Part shown: piece after piece, positions 49,953 through 61,457 of the stretch | Layout of the letters: the number at the start of each line of letters is the position of its first letter | How positions within the stretch are numbered: the first letter of the stretch is position 1 | DNA from: Eledone cirrhosa | Lineage: Eukaryota | Assembly (NCBI GenBank): GCA_964016885.1 | Contig: OZ024741.1 | Span: forward strand, 183,024,001 to 183,088,000 | Reading direction: 5' to 3' | DNA: 64,000 bases | Notes under the pieces: generated by a model | Told to the model about the DNA's origin: nothing | Seen by the model: only the letters and a program-made list of their open reading frames with translations | The model's database searches: none | Position numbers and translations under genes: made by a program

Positions 49953-51927
49953 TTACCTTACTTCTCGTAGGGGAAGGACGGCTTTTCCATCCTTTTCACT
50001 GCTTGTGGCCTCCTCAGGAAGGATGTCCTTATAAATCCTCCTGGAGAGTGCTTGTCGGAAGTCTCCGATGTCTTTGGGGAATTTTTGTTTTAGTGTCATG
50101 TACGTTTTCTGTGTGATGCGAGTGATTTGTATGTGTGGAGGTGGTGTGAATTTTGGGGTTGTTGTGTAGTCTTTTTCTGTGATGCTGGTGTTGTGTTGGA
50201 TGTAGTGTAATAATTGCTTGTTGTTCAAATTTAATGCTGTGTAGTGTGTATCGTTTTGGTTGTTTTGTTTTGTTTGCGTTTGTTGTGGGTTTGTTTCTGT
50301 TTCGCATTTTGGTGATTTTTGTGGTGTAGGTGATGGTGGTGTTGGAGTTAATGATGGTGTTGGTGTTTGGGTTGATGGGGTTGGTGATGCTGGTGTGGAT
50401 GGTGGCATATCTGTCCTAACTTTTTTGTTTCTTAGTTTATTTGTTTCCCTCTGTATTTTGTTTTTGGAGGGGGAAGGAAGAGAATTTTTTCTTTTTTGGT
50501 TTCTTTTTTTTTTTCCAGATATCGTTTCCCACTCCTCGTCGTCACAATCTGTCTCCAGTTGTGATAGGCCGGGGAGTGGAAAATCCTCCACAGCCGTTAG
50601 TTTTGGTTGTGGTGTGGTGGATGGTGTAGGCGCTGGTGCTAGTTCTGAAGCGTTGGGTGGTGGTGTTGTTGGTTTTGCTGGTGGTGGTAGTGGTGTTGGT
50701 TTTGCTACTGTTGCTGGGGTTGTTGCTGTTATAGTTGCTTCTGTTGTTGCTGGCATCTCTGCTACTGGTGGTGTTGATGGTTGTGTCACTGGGGTGGGTA
50801 GGAGAGGTGGCCTCAACCTTTTAGCCTGAGGGCAGAAAGCCCTTAGGTGGGTTCCTTCACCACAAACGACACACCTAGGTCTTCTGCCCTCGACAATTAC
50901 CGTGAGGTGGCTGCCGTCAGTGAGGTCTATTACCTCTGGGATCTCCTCAATGCTTTTTTGGTCCGCTTGGATCAGGAGCTCCATCCCAGATCCGGACCAG
51001 TTTTCCTGCTTTTCTTTTGCTATTGTTATTATTTTCGTGTTGGCCTCGATGCCGGCGATGACAGCCGCTATTAGCCAGGGAATTTCGATGGCCGGTGGAA
51101 CGTGGGTCACCCTGATCTTTACGAGTCTCTGGCCACAATAGCTTGGGACGAGTGTGAAGTCGTCACTTTTTAATGGGGCCATGGAGTGTTCTCTAGCCTC
51201 CTCTGGTGTTTCAAAGAACACATCCACGGTTCCATACTTTTGCCCACGTCTGATGTGGGTTTTTCTTGCCCACACATGTCCCAAAGCTTTTTGGATTTGG
51301 GACTCGGATGCCCGTTCCACTCGGCGCGATTTTACATTTATTGTTCTATACGACACGGTGCATAGGCGCCGATGCTCCATTTTATTAGGTGGGGGGGGGG
51401 GGGGTGAGGCTGACCCTGTACCCATCTTTCTTTACCATTTGTTTGGCATTTTCTAAATCTTCTTGAGTTACCGTGAACGCTTCGAATTGTTTTGCTACGA
51501 TGGCGAAACTGAGGGTCGGTTTTATAATGTCATTGTTGTTGTTGTTGCTATCGTTAATATTAATTTTATTTTCAGTTGTGGTGGTGGTGACGTCAGTCGT
51601 CTTTGGTGGGGAAGAGTCCATTTTGCTTGATTTCATTTCGACGTCACGAGTTAATTTATTTTTTTCTTCTTTTGTTTCTGTTGTCGCGGTGGTGGTGGTG
51701 GTGGTGGTGGTTGTCGCGGTGGTGGTGGTGGTGGAGGGTTTAACACCTGCAGTCATTGGTAATGGCGGGAAATGAATGTCTGCCTGAGACAAATTTAAAA
51801 TATTGCTACTGCTTATATTTTTTTTGGTGTTGGCAAACGTAGTAACATTTACAATGGTGGTGTCGGTGTGAGGTGTTATTTTGTGAGGAAGGCTTTCAGC
51901 TGCTTCGTGCAGAGGGGAATTAGCCAT
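49953..51927 (-). pseudogene. LINE ORF1 with CCHC zinc knuckle and Pro/Thr-rich region; frameshift at a 14-nt homopolymer (51391-51404)
   Basis: CVVCGEGTHLRAFC; the 180-aa and 490-aa ORFs overlap at the C-run on the coding strand. Confidence 0.8.
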
Positions 51928-52136
51928 TTTTTTTCAAAGAAATTTTTGGATAATAATAAAAGTTAAAATTTTGGGCACAAGGCCCCAATCTTTTTGGGTG
52001 TCCTTTTCGGAAAACAATGTATGTGTGCTTATAAACAGTTTACAATAAAATTTTCCATAAATGGCAATTTTTAAACAAACGGAAATAACGAACCTTTGCG
52101 GAGCTCACGATAATACGATTTCCTACGTAGGTCGCC

Positions 52137-52171
<35 letters not shown>

Positions 52172-52207
52172 GGATGAATGGTTACTCCTTCATAACGCTT
52201 ATTGGTT

Positions 52208-52292
52208 GGTGACGCACGTTTCGCTACTGATCAGCTCAATGTTTGATCTGTATCGATCTGGCCCGACTCTGGAATGAAAAGCTCATCGGACC
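52208..52292 (-). ncRNA. Hammerhead-like motif (CCGATGA core) in a fold-back cassette 52173-52350
   Basis: ggt-CCGATGA-gct...agc-GAAAC-GTGC-GTC-acc; about 55-bp inverted arms. Confidence 0.55.
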
Positions 52293-52451
52293 TCTGTAGC
52301 GAAACGTGCGTCACCAACCAATAAATGTAATGAAGGAGTAACCATTCATCTTTGTTTTATTATATTACACTCTGTCTAGCTCTACACCTTGATACTGACG
52401 TGAACCTAAACATTGAGTGCTCACCTGGGTGCACCTACAGTAACACTCCCT

Positions 52452-52529
<78 letters not shown>

Positions 52530-52539
52530 ATGTATATAA

Positions 52540-52582
<43 letters not shown>

Positions 52583-52604
52583 AGTACATATATATATATA
52601 TATA

Positions 52605-52782
52605 GGAAGGAACGATCGACTTTCGTCAAATCGGACCGAGGGAACAATGTTTCCGTTGGTCTTTCCAATTGCTAATACTATCTATCGGTCGCAACTCCAG
52701 GTAGAAGGAGCAACGTGAAATAAAGTGTCTTGCTCAAGGACATAACGCATCGCCTGGTCCAGGAATCGAACTCACAACCTTA

Positions 52783-52786
<4 letters not shown>
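52605..52786 (-). mobile_element. SINE with tRNA B-box and CORE-like domain, different tail; partial copy at 14848-14950
   Basis: gtgaaataaagtgtcttgctcaagga...ggaatcgaactcacaacc. Confidence 0.65.
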
Positions 52787-52843
<57 letters not shown>

Positions 52844-52935
52844 CATATACACATATATATATATACATATACACATATATATATATACATATATGTATAT
52901 ATATATACATATATGTATATATATATACATATATG

Positions 52936-53040
<105 letters not shown>

Positions 53041-53390
53041 TTATTAAAATAATAAATTAAAGTTTAAGCAAAGAATCGCTGCTTTCACCCTTAACGGGAT
53101 CTTCTGAAACTAAAAATAAATCAATCTGTGAACGCAGAAGTAAATATTTCGAAAAACGTTGCAACCGTGGGAGGACAGAAAGACGATACTTTCGTTCGTG
53201 GAGACGTTCCCTGGCAAAGAATGGAAAAAAGCGTAGATAATACGTCATTATTTGGAGTGGTGAGAACAATTACACACAAAGACAAAACCTCGTTTATGGT
53301 ATAAAAGAAGTCATAGATTAATATTCTATTAGGTGGTTCGTGGAGACGTTCCCTGGCAACGAACGGAAAAAACGAAGACAATACGTCATG
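53041..53390 (-). mobile_element. CAGAAGA-hammerhead repeat family unit (HHR-like motif 53061-53111)
   Basis: Reverse complement of 57250-57515 and 57545-57840. Confidence 0.75.
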
Positions 53391-54462
53391 TGCGCGCGTG
53401 TTGTTGTGTACGCGCTTGTATTTGCATACCCATGGCAGGTGTTTTCGTGTATGCATGTGTATGTATGTATATGGATGTGTGCATGTATATATTTAATTAT
53501 TGTTAATTTCAATAACCTCTGTTATCCTAAACGGACGGTAGTCCGTTTAGTAATATTGTTGTGGTCGTGTTTTCGTTGGCAATCGTCTGTTTACGACGGT
53601 ACAGCGCGGCTCTACTTTATTTAACTGAGATAAAACTTATATGAGCATGAACCGTAGATCATTACGCATCTTTTGGCTTAAAAATCTAGAAATTTGGTCC
53701 AGCGGGAAAAAGTTTATAATCAAAGTTTGCTGATAAATTTTGTGTTCAAGTGAGTGAGTAGTAAGCGTGACGCTAGGGGAGGTAATCCAGAAATGACGAA
53801 TTTTTTTCGGCGGAACTCTTGTGATTGTGATTACGTTAGTCAAATGTAGTCAAATCGCCGAATCCCCTCCTCCTAATTGACTACGTCATTTCTGAACGGC
53901 CCTACTTGCGTCAGTGTGAAACATTACTTCACTTTTCACTGCTAAAATGCTTTTTAAATACTTCGTTAAAAATTTATGTTTATTATCAAAGCTATTTTTT
54001 GTACCAATCTATCAATAGTTTGCGAAAATATAGGTAAACATGTGAGTTAAATTTTTTTAATCGCATCGATCGCTTTGTCGCACCGACTGTGACACTGTCT
54101 GACTGACACCTTTGTCGGACCGACACCTTTGTTCAAGTGGACAACTTTGTGTCACTGACACCTTTGTTCGTGCCGGCATCTCTACGAAACACCGATGACA
54201 ACAACCAGACCAAAATTTCACTTCATTCTTCATTCTTCTTCAAGACCGATCGCCGACCGATCGTATCGGTTGCTCTTCATATACCAGGTATTCAACAGAT
54301 AGTTTGCACTTCTAGTATGATTAACAGTCGTGCGATTTTTTGTACCGATAGGTGCGAATAGTGCGCTATATTTTTGTACCGATAGGTGCGAATAGTGCGA
54401 TAGGTGCGAATAGTGTACAATATTTTCTGAGATTTGCATCCACTAATTTCGCTTAATTAAAA

Positions 54463-55258
54463 ATGATGTTTCGCGGCTTTTTGATCGGCTTATTCATTTT
54501 TTCCATGGCACGGAAATGGAGTATTTCCATTTCGAACCAAAACTTTTCACTAAAATCGGGCAATTGGACTGATCAAATTCACATTCATGCCAGTTTTTAC
54601 AAATCCATAATTAGAAATATGGCGAAATCGAATGACCAGAAGGTATAAAAATATTAATTCAAATGTATTTACTTATCATACCAACAAAAATACTTAGATA
54701 TTTTGTATACCTGGGGCCCGTCAGGGCCAGGTAATGTTAATCGCCAACATTGTTATCTGTTGTCCTTTTGTGAAAGTATTGGTGGTTCATGTCGGCTCTA
54801 ATGATCTGAATCCTCGTCGCACCGTTGGCACTACAAAGCTGTGCAAAGTAATACAATAATTTTTGCCCAAGTACTTTTTATTAATCATTTATTTGTAAAT
54901 TAAGGACAAAGTGCCCATTCGAGGCACAAAACCGGAAAAACAGGGGAAGAGTCTCTTTGCAAGGCTACAGAAAATAGCGGAAAAGCACCACTGTACACCC
55001 ATTTTCTACAGTGGTGTCATTCCACGTCCACAAAGTGTAATTGAAAATAAAAATGACTTGGGCAAGAGAAATTCTCGTTTGGAAAAGTTTAATTACTGCA
55101 TGAAAGAAATGATTCAAAAATTGAACTTGCCCAATCTTCACAACATTGAAAATTGGTCAAAATTTGACAAATCTGACTTCAAACTAGATATGATTCATTT
55201 GAACAATGTTGGAAATCTTAAATTGACACAAATTTTTGCCAATGTTTTTGCCACCTGA
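54463..55258 (+). CDS. Three-exon SGNH/GDSL-type esterase: exon 1 ends 54642 (start uncertain), exon 2 54698-54847, exon 3 54905-55258
   Basis: Two phase-0 GT-AG introns (54643-54697, 54848-54904) join SIIRNM (block I-like), CIPGAR (block II), VVHVGSNDL (block III), YSGVIPR and DMIHLNNVG (block V); AATAAA near 55296. Confidence 0.75.
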
Positions 55259-55438
55259 TCCTTGTTCTATGGCTGACTGACTAATTTTGTGACTTAATAA
55301 AATGTCATCATACTAGTAAGGCACAATGGTCATTTTTAAATTTAAATTTTATTAAATAGTTGTTGCTTGCATTGCCTTAAAATAGTAACAAGAATGTACA
55401 CATACTTTTTAAAAATACATCATTATCAGTCAAATCAG

Positions 55439-55799
55439 TCAAATGTCACTAAAAGCCAGGTGGTCGATAACAACTTCTATAAGATTAGTTACATGCTCAC
55501 ACATTGGATCACCTCTCATCAATGGCATTGGGTGTCTAAGATAATCGTGGAGATAACTGATGAAGTCACAAATGAAGTGATGGTCTTCCAGTGTGAACAA
55601 CTCCCTATATCCATTGATATATGTGATGGCTTCCGATTCATAGGTGCATTTTATGAGGAATTCCATGCATCCGATTTTCAGTGATTCAATGGGCATTTTA
55701 TCAGAGATGATAAGGTATTTGACCACGTTTTGCTTTGTAAGTAAATTGGAGAGAATCACTGCAGTCAAAGTAATTTCTTTGCATGGGTTTTTGTCCATT
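55439..55799 (-). CDS. Convergent ORF or terminal exon resembling a BTB C-terminal (BACK-like) helical region
   Basis: LLTKQNVVKYLIISDKMPIESLKIGCMEFL fits the LTxxNVxxxLxxADxxxxxxLKxxCxxFI pattern; preceded by a tttttag acceptor. Confidence 0.4.
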
Positions 55800-56071
55800 C
55801 TAAAAAGTTAAAATGATAAAGTATTACTACTATATAACTTACATCTATTGTTGTAACACCATTGAAATGCACAAGTTTCACCAATTCACTATTATGCACT
55901 AATCATCTCAAATGCATTCATGATTTACTAGCTTTGTCATTAAGCCAGTTGCCTCAACTAGATTGCAATTATACTCAAAAGAACTTTAAAATATCAATCA
56001 CTTGTCAGTAATTCACTATCATCATTTAATTATTAGATAGTTGTTGCTTGCATTGCCTTAAAAAATAGTAG

Positions 56072-57176
56072 ACCAGATAGAAAAATGCGTACAGCAAAAA
56101 AAAGTAATATTGTTGGAATATAAACCTTTAAAAATACAGGACAAGAAACTAAAATAAAACTTTAAAAGAATAGGACAAGAAACTAAGATAAAACTTTAAA
56201 AGAATAGGACAAGAAACTAAGATAAAACTTTAAAGAATTGGACAAGAAATAAAAAATTTTACAATAATATTAGTGGCAAAATTTTTTTATTCGTTTCCTG
56301 TATCTTCTTGATTTATTCGTTTCCAGTATCTTGATTAGTGCATAATAATTGTCATGCTCTCATTGTGCGTTGCCCCTGAGCGGTTGGTTCTGGTTGGGGT
56401 TGGTTGGCTGAGCAGTTCTGCTCCGTCAGGATGACCATTGCAAGAAGAATTGGCCGATGCAGCTGCAGGTCTCCTCCAAGAATGCACTTCTGGTCCCGCA
56501 ACACCAGACGAAGATGGAGAAGACGACCGGGACAAGATGTCGACTCTGACCACCGACTACGGCACCTCCCTCAACCACCGGTCCTCCCTCCCTCTGTCCC
56601 GTCATCCCTCCAGTCCTCCTGCTCCCCCTTCCTGTACCAGAAAGCTGTGGCACGCATTCATCTGGACTGCCGGACTTGAACTCAAGGACAAGATGCAAGG
56701 AGAAGATGGACGGGTTGGTCAAGATCAAGGATGAGCGGGACGACAAGACCGTCCGCTGCTGCTCAAGATCTGTGCTCATGGGCCCATGGGTCCATTCACA
56801 TTATGCATGACACATGAGGCGTGTCGCCGAATGATGAAATAGTGGTATGGTTATGGCCCAATTGGTGTTCAAACCAGGATCAAATGATCCCCCCGGTCTG
56901 ACGACGACCTCTGAATGTGGAACCCAGAGCCTATGAATGTGGAACTCGATTTTTTACCAATAAAAATTTTGCCACTAATATTATTGTAACATTTTTTATT
57001 TCTTGTCCAATTCTTTAAAGTTTTATCTTAGTTTCTTGTCCTATTCTTTTAAAGTTTTATCTTCGTTTCTTGTCCTATTCTTTTAAAGTTTTATTTTAGT
57101 TTCTTGTCCTGTATTTTTAAAGGTTTATATTCCAACAATATTACTTTTTTTTGCTGTACGCATTTTTCTATCTGGT
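56072..57176. repeat. About 215-bp inverted repeats with internal ~33-bp tandem units enclosing a GC-rich core
   Basis: 56072-56290 is the reverse complement of about 56959-57176; unit ggacaagaaactaagataaaactttaaaagaat. Confidence 0.85.
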
Positions 57177-57249
57177 TTACATTATTCTTAACTCTGAAGC
57201 CGAGAATCATTCGGTTTCCTAAATAGAATTTTAATCTAAGACTTCATTT

Positions 57250-57925
57250 ATACCATAAACGTAGTTTTGTCTTTGCGTGTAATTGTTCTCATCACTCCAC
57301 ATCATGACGTATTATCTTCGTTTTTTTCCGTTCATTGCCAGGGAACGTTTCCACGAACCAAAGTATCGTCTTCCTGTCTTCCTTCGGTTGCAACGTTTTT
57401 TTTTGAAATATTTACTTCTGCGTTCACAGATTGACTTTTTTAGTTTCAGAAGATCCCGTTAAGGGTGAAAGCAGCGATTCTTTGCTTAAACTTTAATCTG
57501 TTATTTTAATAAATATATATATATATATATATATATAGATAAAAGTGAACCACCTAAGAGAATATTAGTCTACGACTTCTTTTATACCATAAACGTGGTT
57601 GTGTTTTTGCGTGTAATTGTTCTCACCGCTCCAAATAAAGACGTATTATCTTCGTTTTTTTTTCGTTCTTTGCCAGGGAACGTCTCCATGAACGAAAGTA
57701 TCGCCTTCCTGTCTTACCACAGTTGCAACGTTTTTCGAAATATTTACTTCTGCATTCACAGATTGATTCTTTTAGTTTCAGAAGATCCCGTTAAGCGTCA
57801 TTCTTTGCTTAAACTTTAATCTGTTATTTTAATAAATATTTGCTCTACGGTTCTTATATATTTGATATATATTTATCCTTATCGAGCCCTCTTTGGATTT
57901 TAGTCTTCAAATTTATTATCATTAC
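57250..57925 (+). mobile_element. Two tandem units of the CAGAAGA-hammerhead family (motif 57442-57492; second copy near 57774 deleted in the core)
   Basis: agttt-CAGAAGA-tCCC gttaa GGGt-GAA-AGCA gcgattctt TGCT-T-aaact. Confidence 0.75.
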
Positions 57926-57929
57926 TTTA

Positions 57930-58493
57930 TGGAGGCACATGGTTTAGTGGTTAGAGCATTGGCCTTGCAATCGAAAGGTTGTGAGTTCAATTCTCAGACC
58001 GGGTGATGTGTTGTTTTCTTGAGCAAGACACTTTATTTCACATTGCTCCAGTTTACTCAACTGTAGAAATGAGATGATAGGGACTGGGGTCCATATCATT
58101 CCACTGCACAGTGGTCGTGGAGGTGCCACGGCAAAAAAGCACCCTGCACCCACTGTAAATGAGGTTGGTGTTAGGAAGGGCATCCAGCTGTAGAAATCAA
58201 GCTAGAATCAGTTTCCGTCCCACCCTTGCAAGCAGGGAAAAAGCGGACGTAAAATGAAATGATGATGATATATATATATGGAGGCACATAGCTTAGTGGT
58301 TAGAGCATTGGCCTTGCAATCGAAAGGTTGTGAGTTCAATTCTCAGACCGGGTGATGTGTTGTTTCCTTGGGCAAGATACTTTATTTCACATTGCTCCAG
58401 TTTACTCAGCTGTAGAAATGAGATGATAGGGACCCTCAGTTCCCGTGCCACCCTTGCAAGCAGGGAAAAGCAGACGTAAAATGATGATGATGA

Positions 58494-58497
<4 letters not shown>
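57930..58497 (+). mobile_element. Two tandem group 2 tRNA-derived SINEs
   Basis: A-box tggtttagtgg, B-box gagttcaattc, CORE-like cttgagcaagacact, RTE-like tail, (TGA)n end. Confidence 0.82.
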
Positions 58498-58542
<45 letters not shown>

Positions 58543-58715
58543 CGCACCGAATCGTGTGGGCACTGTTGTCATTGAAATATGTATCACAGCATTATTATTA
58601 AAGGACTTTAACATCTGAAACTACTTTACTTTCTTATTCGATATATACTCCCTCACTCCTATGTGGAAAATGTACGTTGAGTGCTTGAATTGAATTGAAT
58701 CAATGTTTACCTTAA

Positions 58716-58784
<69 letters not shown>

Positions 58785-59023
58785 TATACATATATATATA
58801 TACATATATATATGCAAGATGGAACAACAGACGTAAAATGTTGATGCTATATATATATATATATATAAATACATACATATATATATGTGGAGAAGTTGTA
58901 TTTAATTTGTTGGAATTCCGACAAACGTAAATGTTTATAACTGATTTAGAGCACTCAACAAGTTACTGGAGTAAATATTCCATGATATTGAATAAATGGA
59001 AACTATATTTATAAAACCATATT

Positions 59024-59088
59024 TATTTTATTATATATATTTCAAGGGCAACCAAGCCAACCTTGGTGTGCGTTCATCAGATAAAATA
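59024..59088 (-). ncRNA. Type-I hammerhead ribozyme
   Basis: tattttat-CTGATGA-acgcacaccaag gttgg cttggttgccctt-GAAAT-ATAT-ATA-ataaaata. Confidence 0.78.
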
Positions 59089-59480
59089 CAAAGTTTGTTT
59101 TATAAATAAAGACATACCCATGAAGATTCAACCTTATTTAAGAAATTTTAATAAGTGAAAATATAGCAAAGAATATATGGAAATAAGTAGAAATATTATA
59201 AGTGTAATTATAATTTATATATAGTTCTAAATGTTGAATTTAGGTGATGTTTACAAGAACTAAATAAATTTGTACGTATATTAATAGAATTCTTACATTT
59301 AAGTATGAAGAAAATTTCCTCAACACACAATTTGCAAAATCTAGATAAAGCTGTGTTTCGGTAGGCAGGTGCTTTTGAAATTATTAGAATCAATAATAGA
59401 AATAAATAGAATCAATAATAGAAATCTAAAATAGCAATATCCAACATAATAATACTGTTCCGAATAACATCAACTCCGCA

Positions 59481-59850
59481 AAATGTAATTGTAGAATTAA
59501 ATCAAACTGTCCTTTAAAAAATAAGTGCTTAGATAAGGATGTGGTCTATAAATGCTCAGTCAAAACCAGTGATAATATATTTAACTATGTAGGTTCAACT
59601 TCTACAGACTTTAAAACTCGTTTTAATAATCACAAATGTTCGTTTAATAATATTGGTAAAAAATCTTCAACTTCTCTATCAAACCTGATATGGAACTTAA
59701 AATCCAAAAATACAGACTATTCTTTAACTTGGGAAATAATTTCAAAAGCACCTGCCTACTGAAACACAGCTTTATCTAGATTTTGCAAATTGTGTATTGA
59801 GGAAATTTTCTTCATACTTAAATGTAAGAACTCTATTAATATACATACAC
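59481..59850 (+). pseudogene. PLE GIY-YIG endonuclease remnant with one in-frame stop
   Basis: KCNCRIKSNCPLKNKCL..VVYKC...YVGST..FKTRFNNH...LSNLIWNLK...WEII...CKLCIEE. Confidence 0.8.
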
Positions 59851-61392
59851 ATTTAGAACTATATATAAATTATAATTACACTTATATTTCTACTTATTTC
59901 CATATATTGTTTGCTATATTTTCACTTCTTATAACTTCACTTATTAAAATTTCTTAAATTATATACATATAGGATCCTAAAATTTTTAAATTTTAATTTT
60001 TAATTTAATTTTTTATTTTATATTCCTTTTCATTGTTTTTACTTCCAAAATATACTTTACTTCCAAAATATTTCATATACTTAAAAATTACTTATTTAAA
60101 AAAAAAATCTACTTATCTCGTATAAAATATTTTTTAATAATTTTAAAGGTATTTTAAGAAATTTTTTTAAAACTTTTTAAAAATCTTTTTAAAGATGTTT
60201 TAAGGATTTTTGAATTTTTTGAATATTTTTTAATTGTTTTTTAAATATTTTTTAAGTATATTTTTAAAGTACTTTTTAAATATTTAAAAAAATATTTTTG
60301 AGATGTTTAAATATTTTAAAAATGTTTTTTAAATGTTTTTTCAGAATTTTTAATATTTTTTAATATTTTTTAATAAAAATTTTTAATATCTTTTATTAAT
60401 TTTATAACCAATAACTAATTCAGGCTAAATATTTCTTTCAACATTTATATCTTTGACAAAATGGTCTCATACTAACTAATAAACAAACAAAACTGGTAAT
60501 TTTTTCCGTATCTTCCCAAGTTATAGCATTTAAAATATATAAATATTATTATTAACTCAGTTAATTTAATTACTTACAATAAACATAAACCAATATCCCT
60601 GATAGCTCATTAAAACAATTATATATAACAAGGTATACACATCTATCCATTCATATATCTATTTTTCTATCTATCTATTTTTATATCTATTGATTCTTAC
60701 ATATATCTATCTTTCTATTTATTTTTCAACTTATTTTTAAACATATTTTTTTATACTCTTTTACTCTTTTACCTGTTTCAGCCATCCGGCTGAGGCCATG
60801 TTTATATATATTTATTTTATATATCTATTTTTTCTATCTACAAATATTATATTATATTATATTATATTAGAAATGAATTTTAACAAGTTAATTGTTTCTA
60901 CTTTAGGCACAAGGCCAGCAATTACCCAGTGCATTACTTTATTTTATCGACCCCGTAAGGATGAAAGGCAAAGTCAACCTCGACGGGATTTGAACTCAGA
61001 TCGTAAAGGGACGTAACTATGCTGGAAAGCATGACGTCCGACCCGCTACCGATACTGCCAATCCACCGCCCTTTTAACAAATTAATAATAGTAAATATAC
61101 GTACCATTAGTGGATATAAACTTAAAACTTATTTACGTTATTATTCATCCTCTTATAAATTTCATTTCTCTTTCTATCTCATAATATTAATATTGTTTCT
61201 CTCTCTCTTTTTTTCATATCTTTCCCCAGCGTCATTTAAATAAACGGTTGTTTTTTCAATTTTTTACACATTCATTTGCATATTCATACATAACTTTGAA
61301 TATTCCCTAATATGTTTTCCACTATCCAGTGAATTTCCGACCGATAAGGTTGAATCTTCATGGGTATGTCTTTATTTATAAAACAAACTTTG

Positions 61393-61457
61393 TATTTTAT
61401 CTGATGAAAGCGCACCAAGGTTGGCTTGGTTGCCCTTGAAATATATATAATAAAATA
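61393..61457 (+). ncRNA. Type-I hammerhead ribozyme downstream of the GIY-YIG remnant, sense orientation
   Basis: tattttat-CTGATGA-aagcgcaccaag gttgg cttggttgccctt-GAAAT-ATAT-ATA-ataaaata. Confidence 0.8.

Larger units (their letters stand above)
46256..52136 (-). mobile_element. Full-length Tx1/L1-clade LINE inside an (AAT)n microsatellite
   Basis: Two-ORF layout; 5' end GGCGACC directly after (TTA)n; 3' end AATAAAgaaaac then (ATT)n. Confidence 0.92.

Noticed and set aside
54731-54776. Extra intron in the esterase gene (CAG|gtaatg...aaag)
   Set aside because: The frame reads through unspliced; removing 46 nt would shift the frame.
57930-58005. tRNA gene
   Set aside because: A and B boxes are present but continue into the SINE body; no proper acceptor stem.
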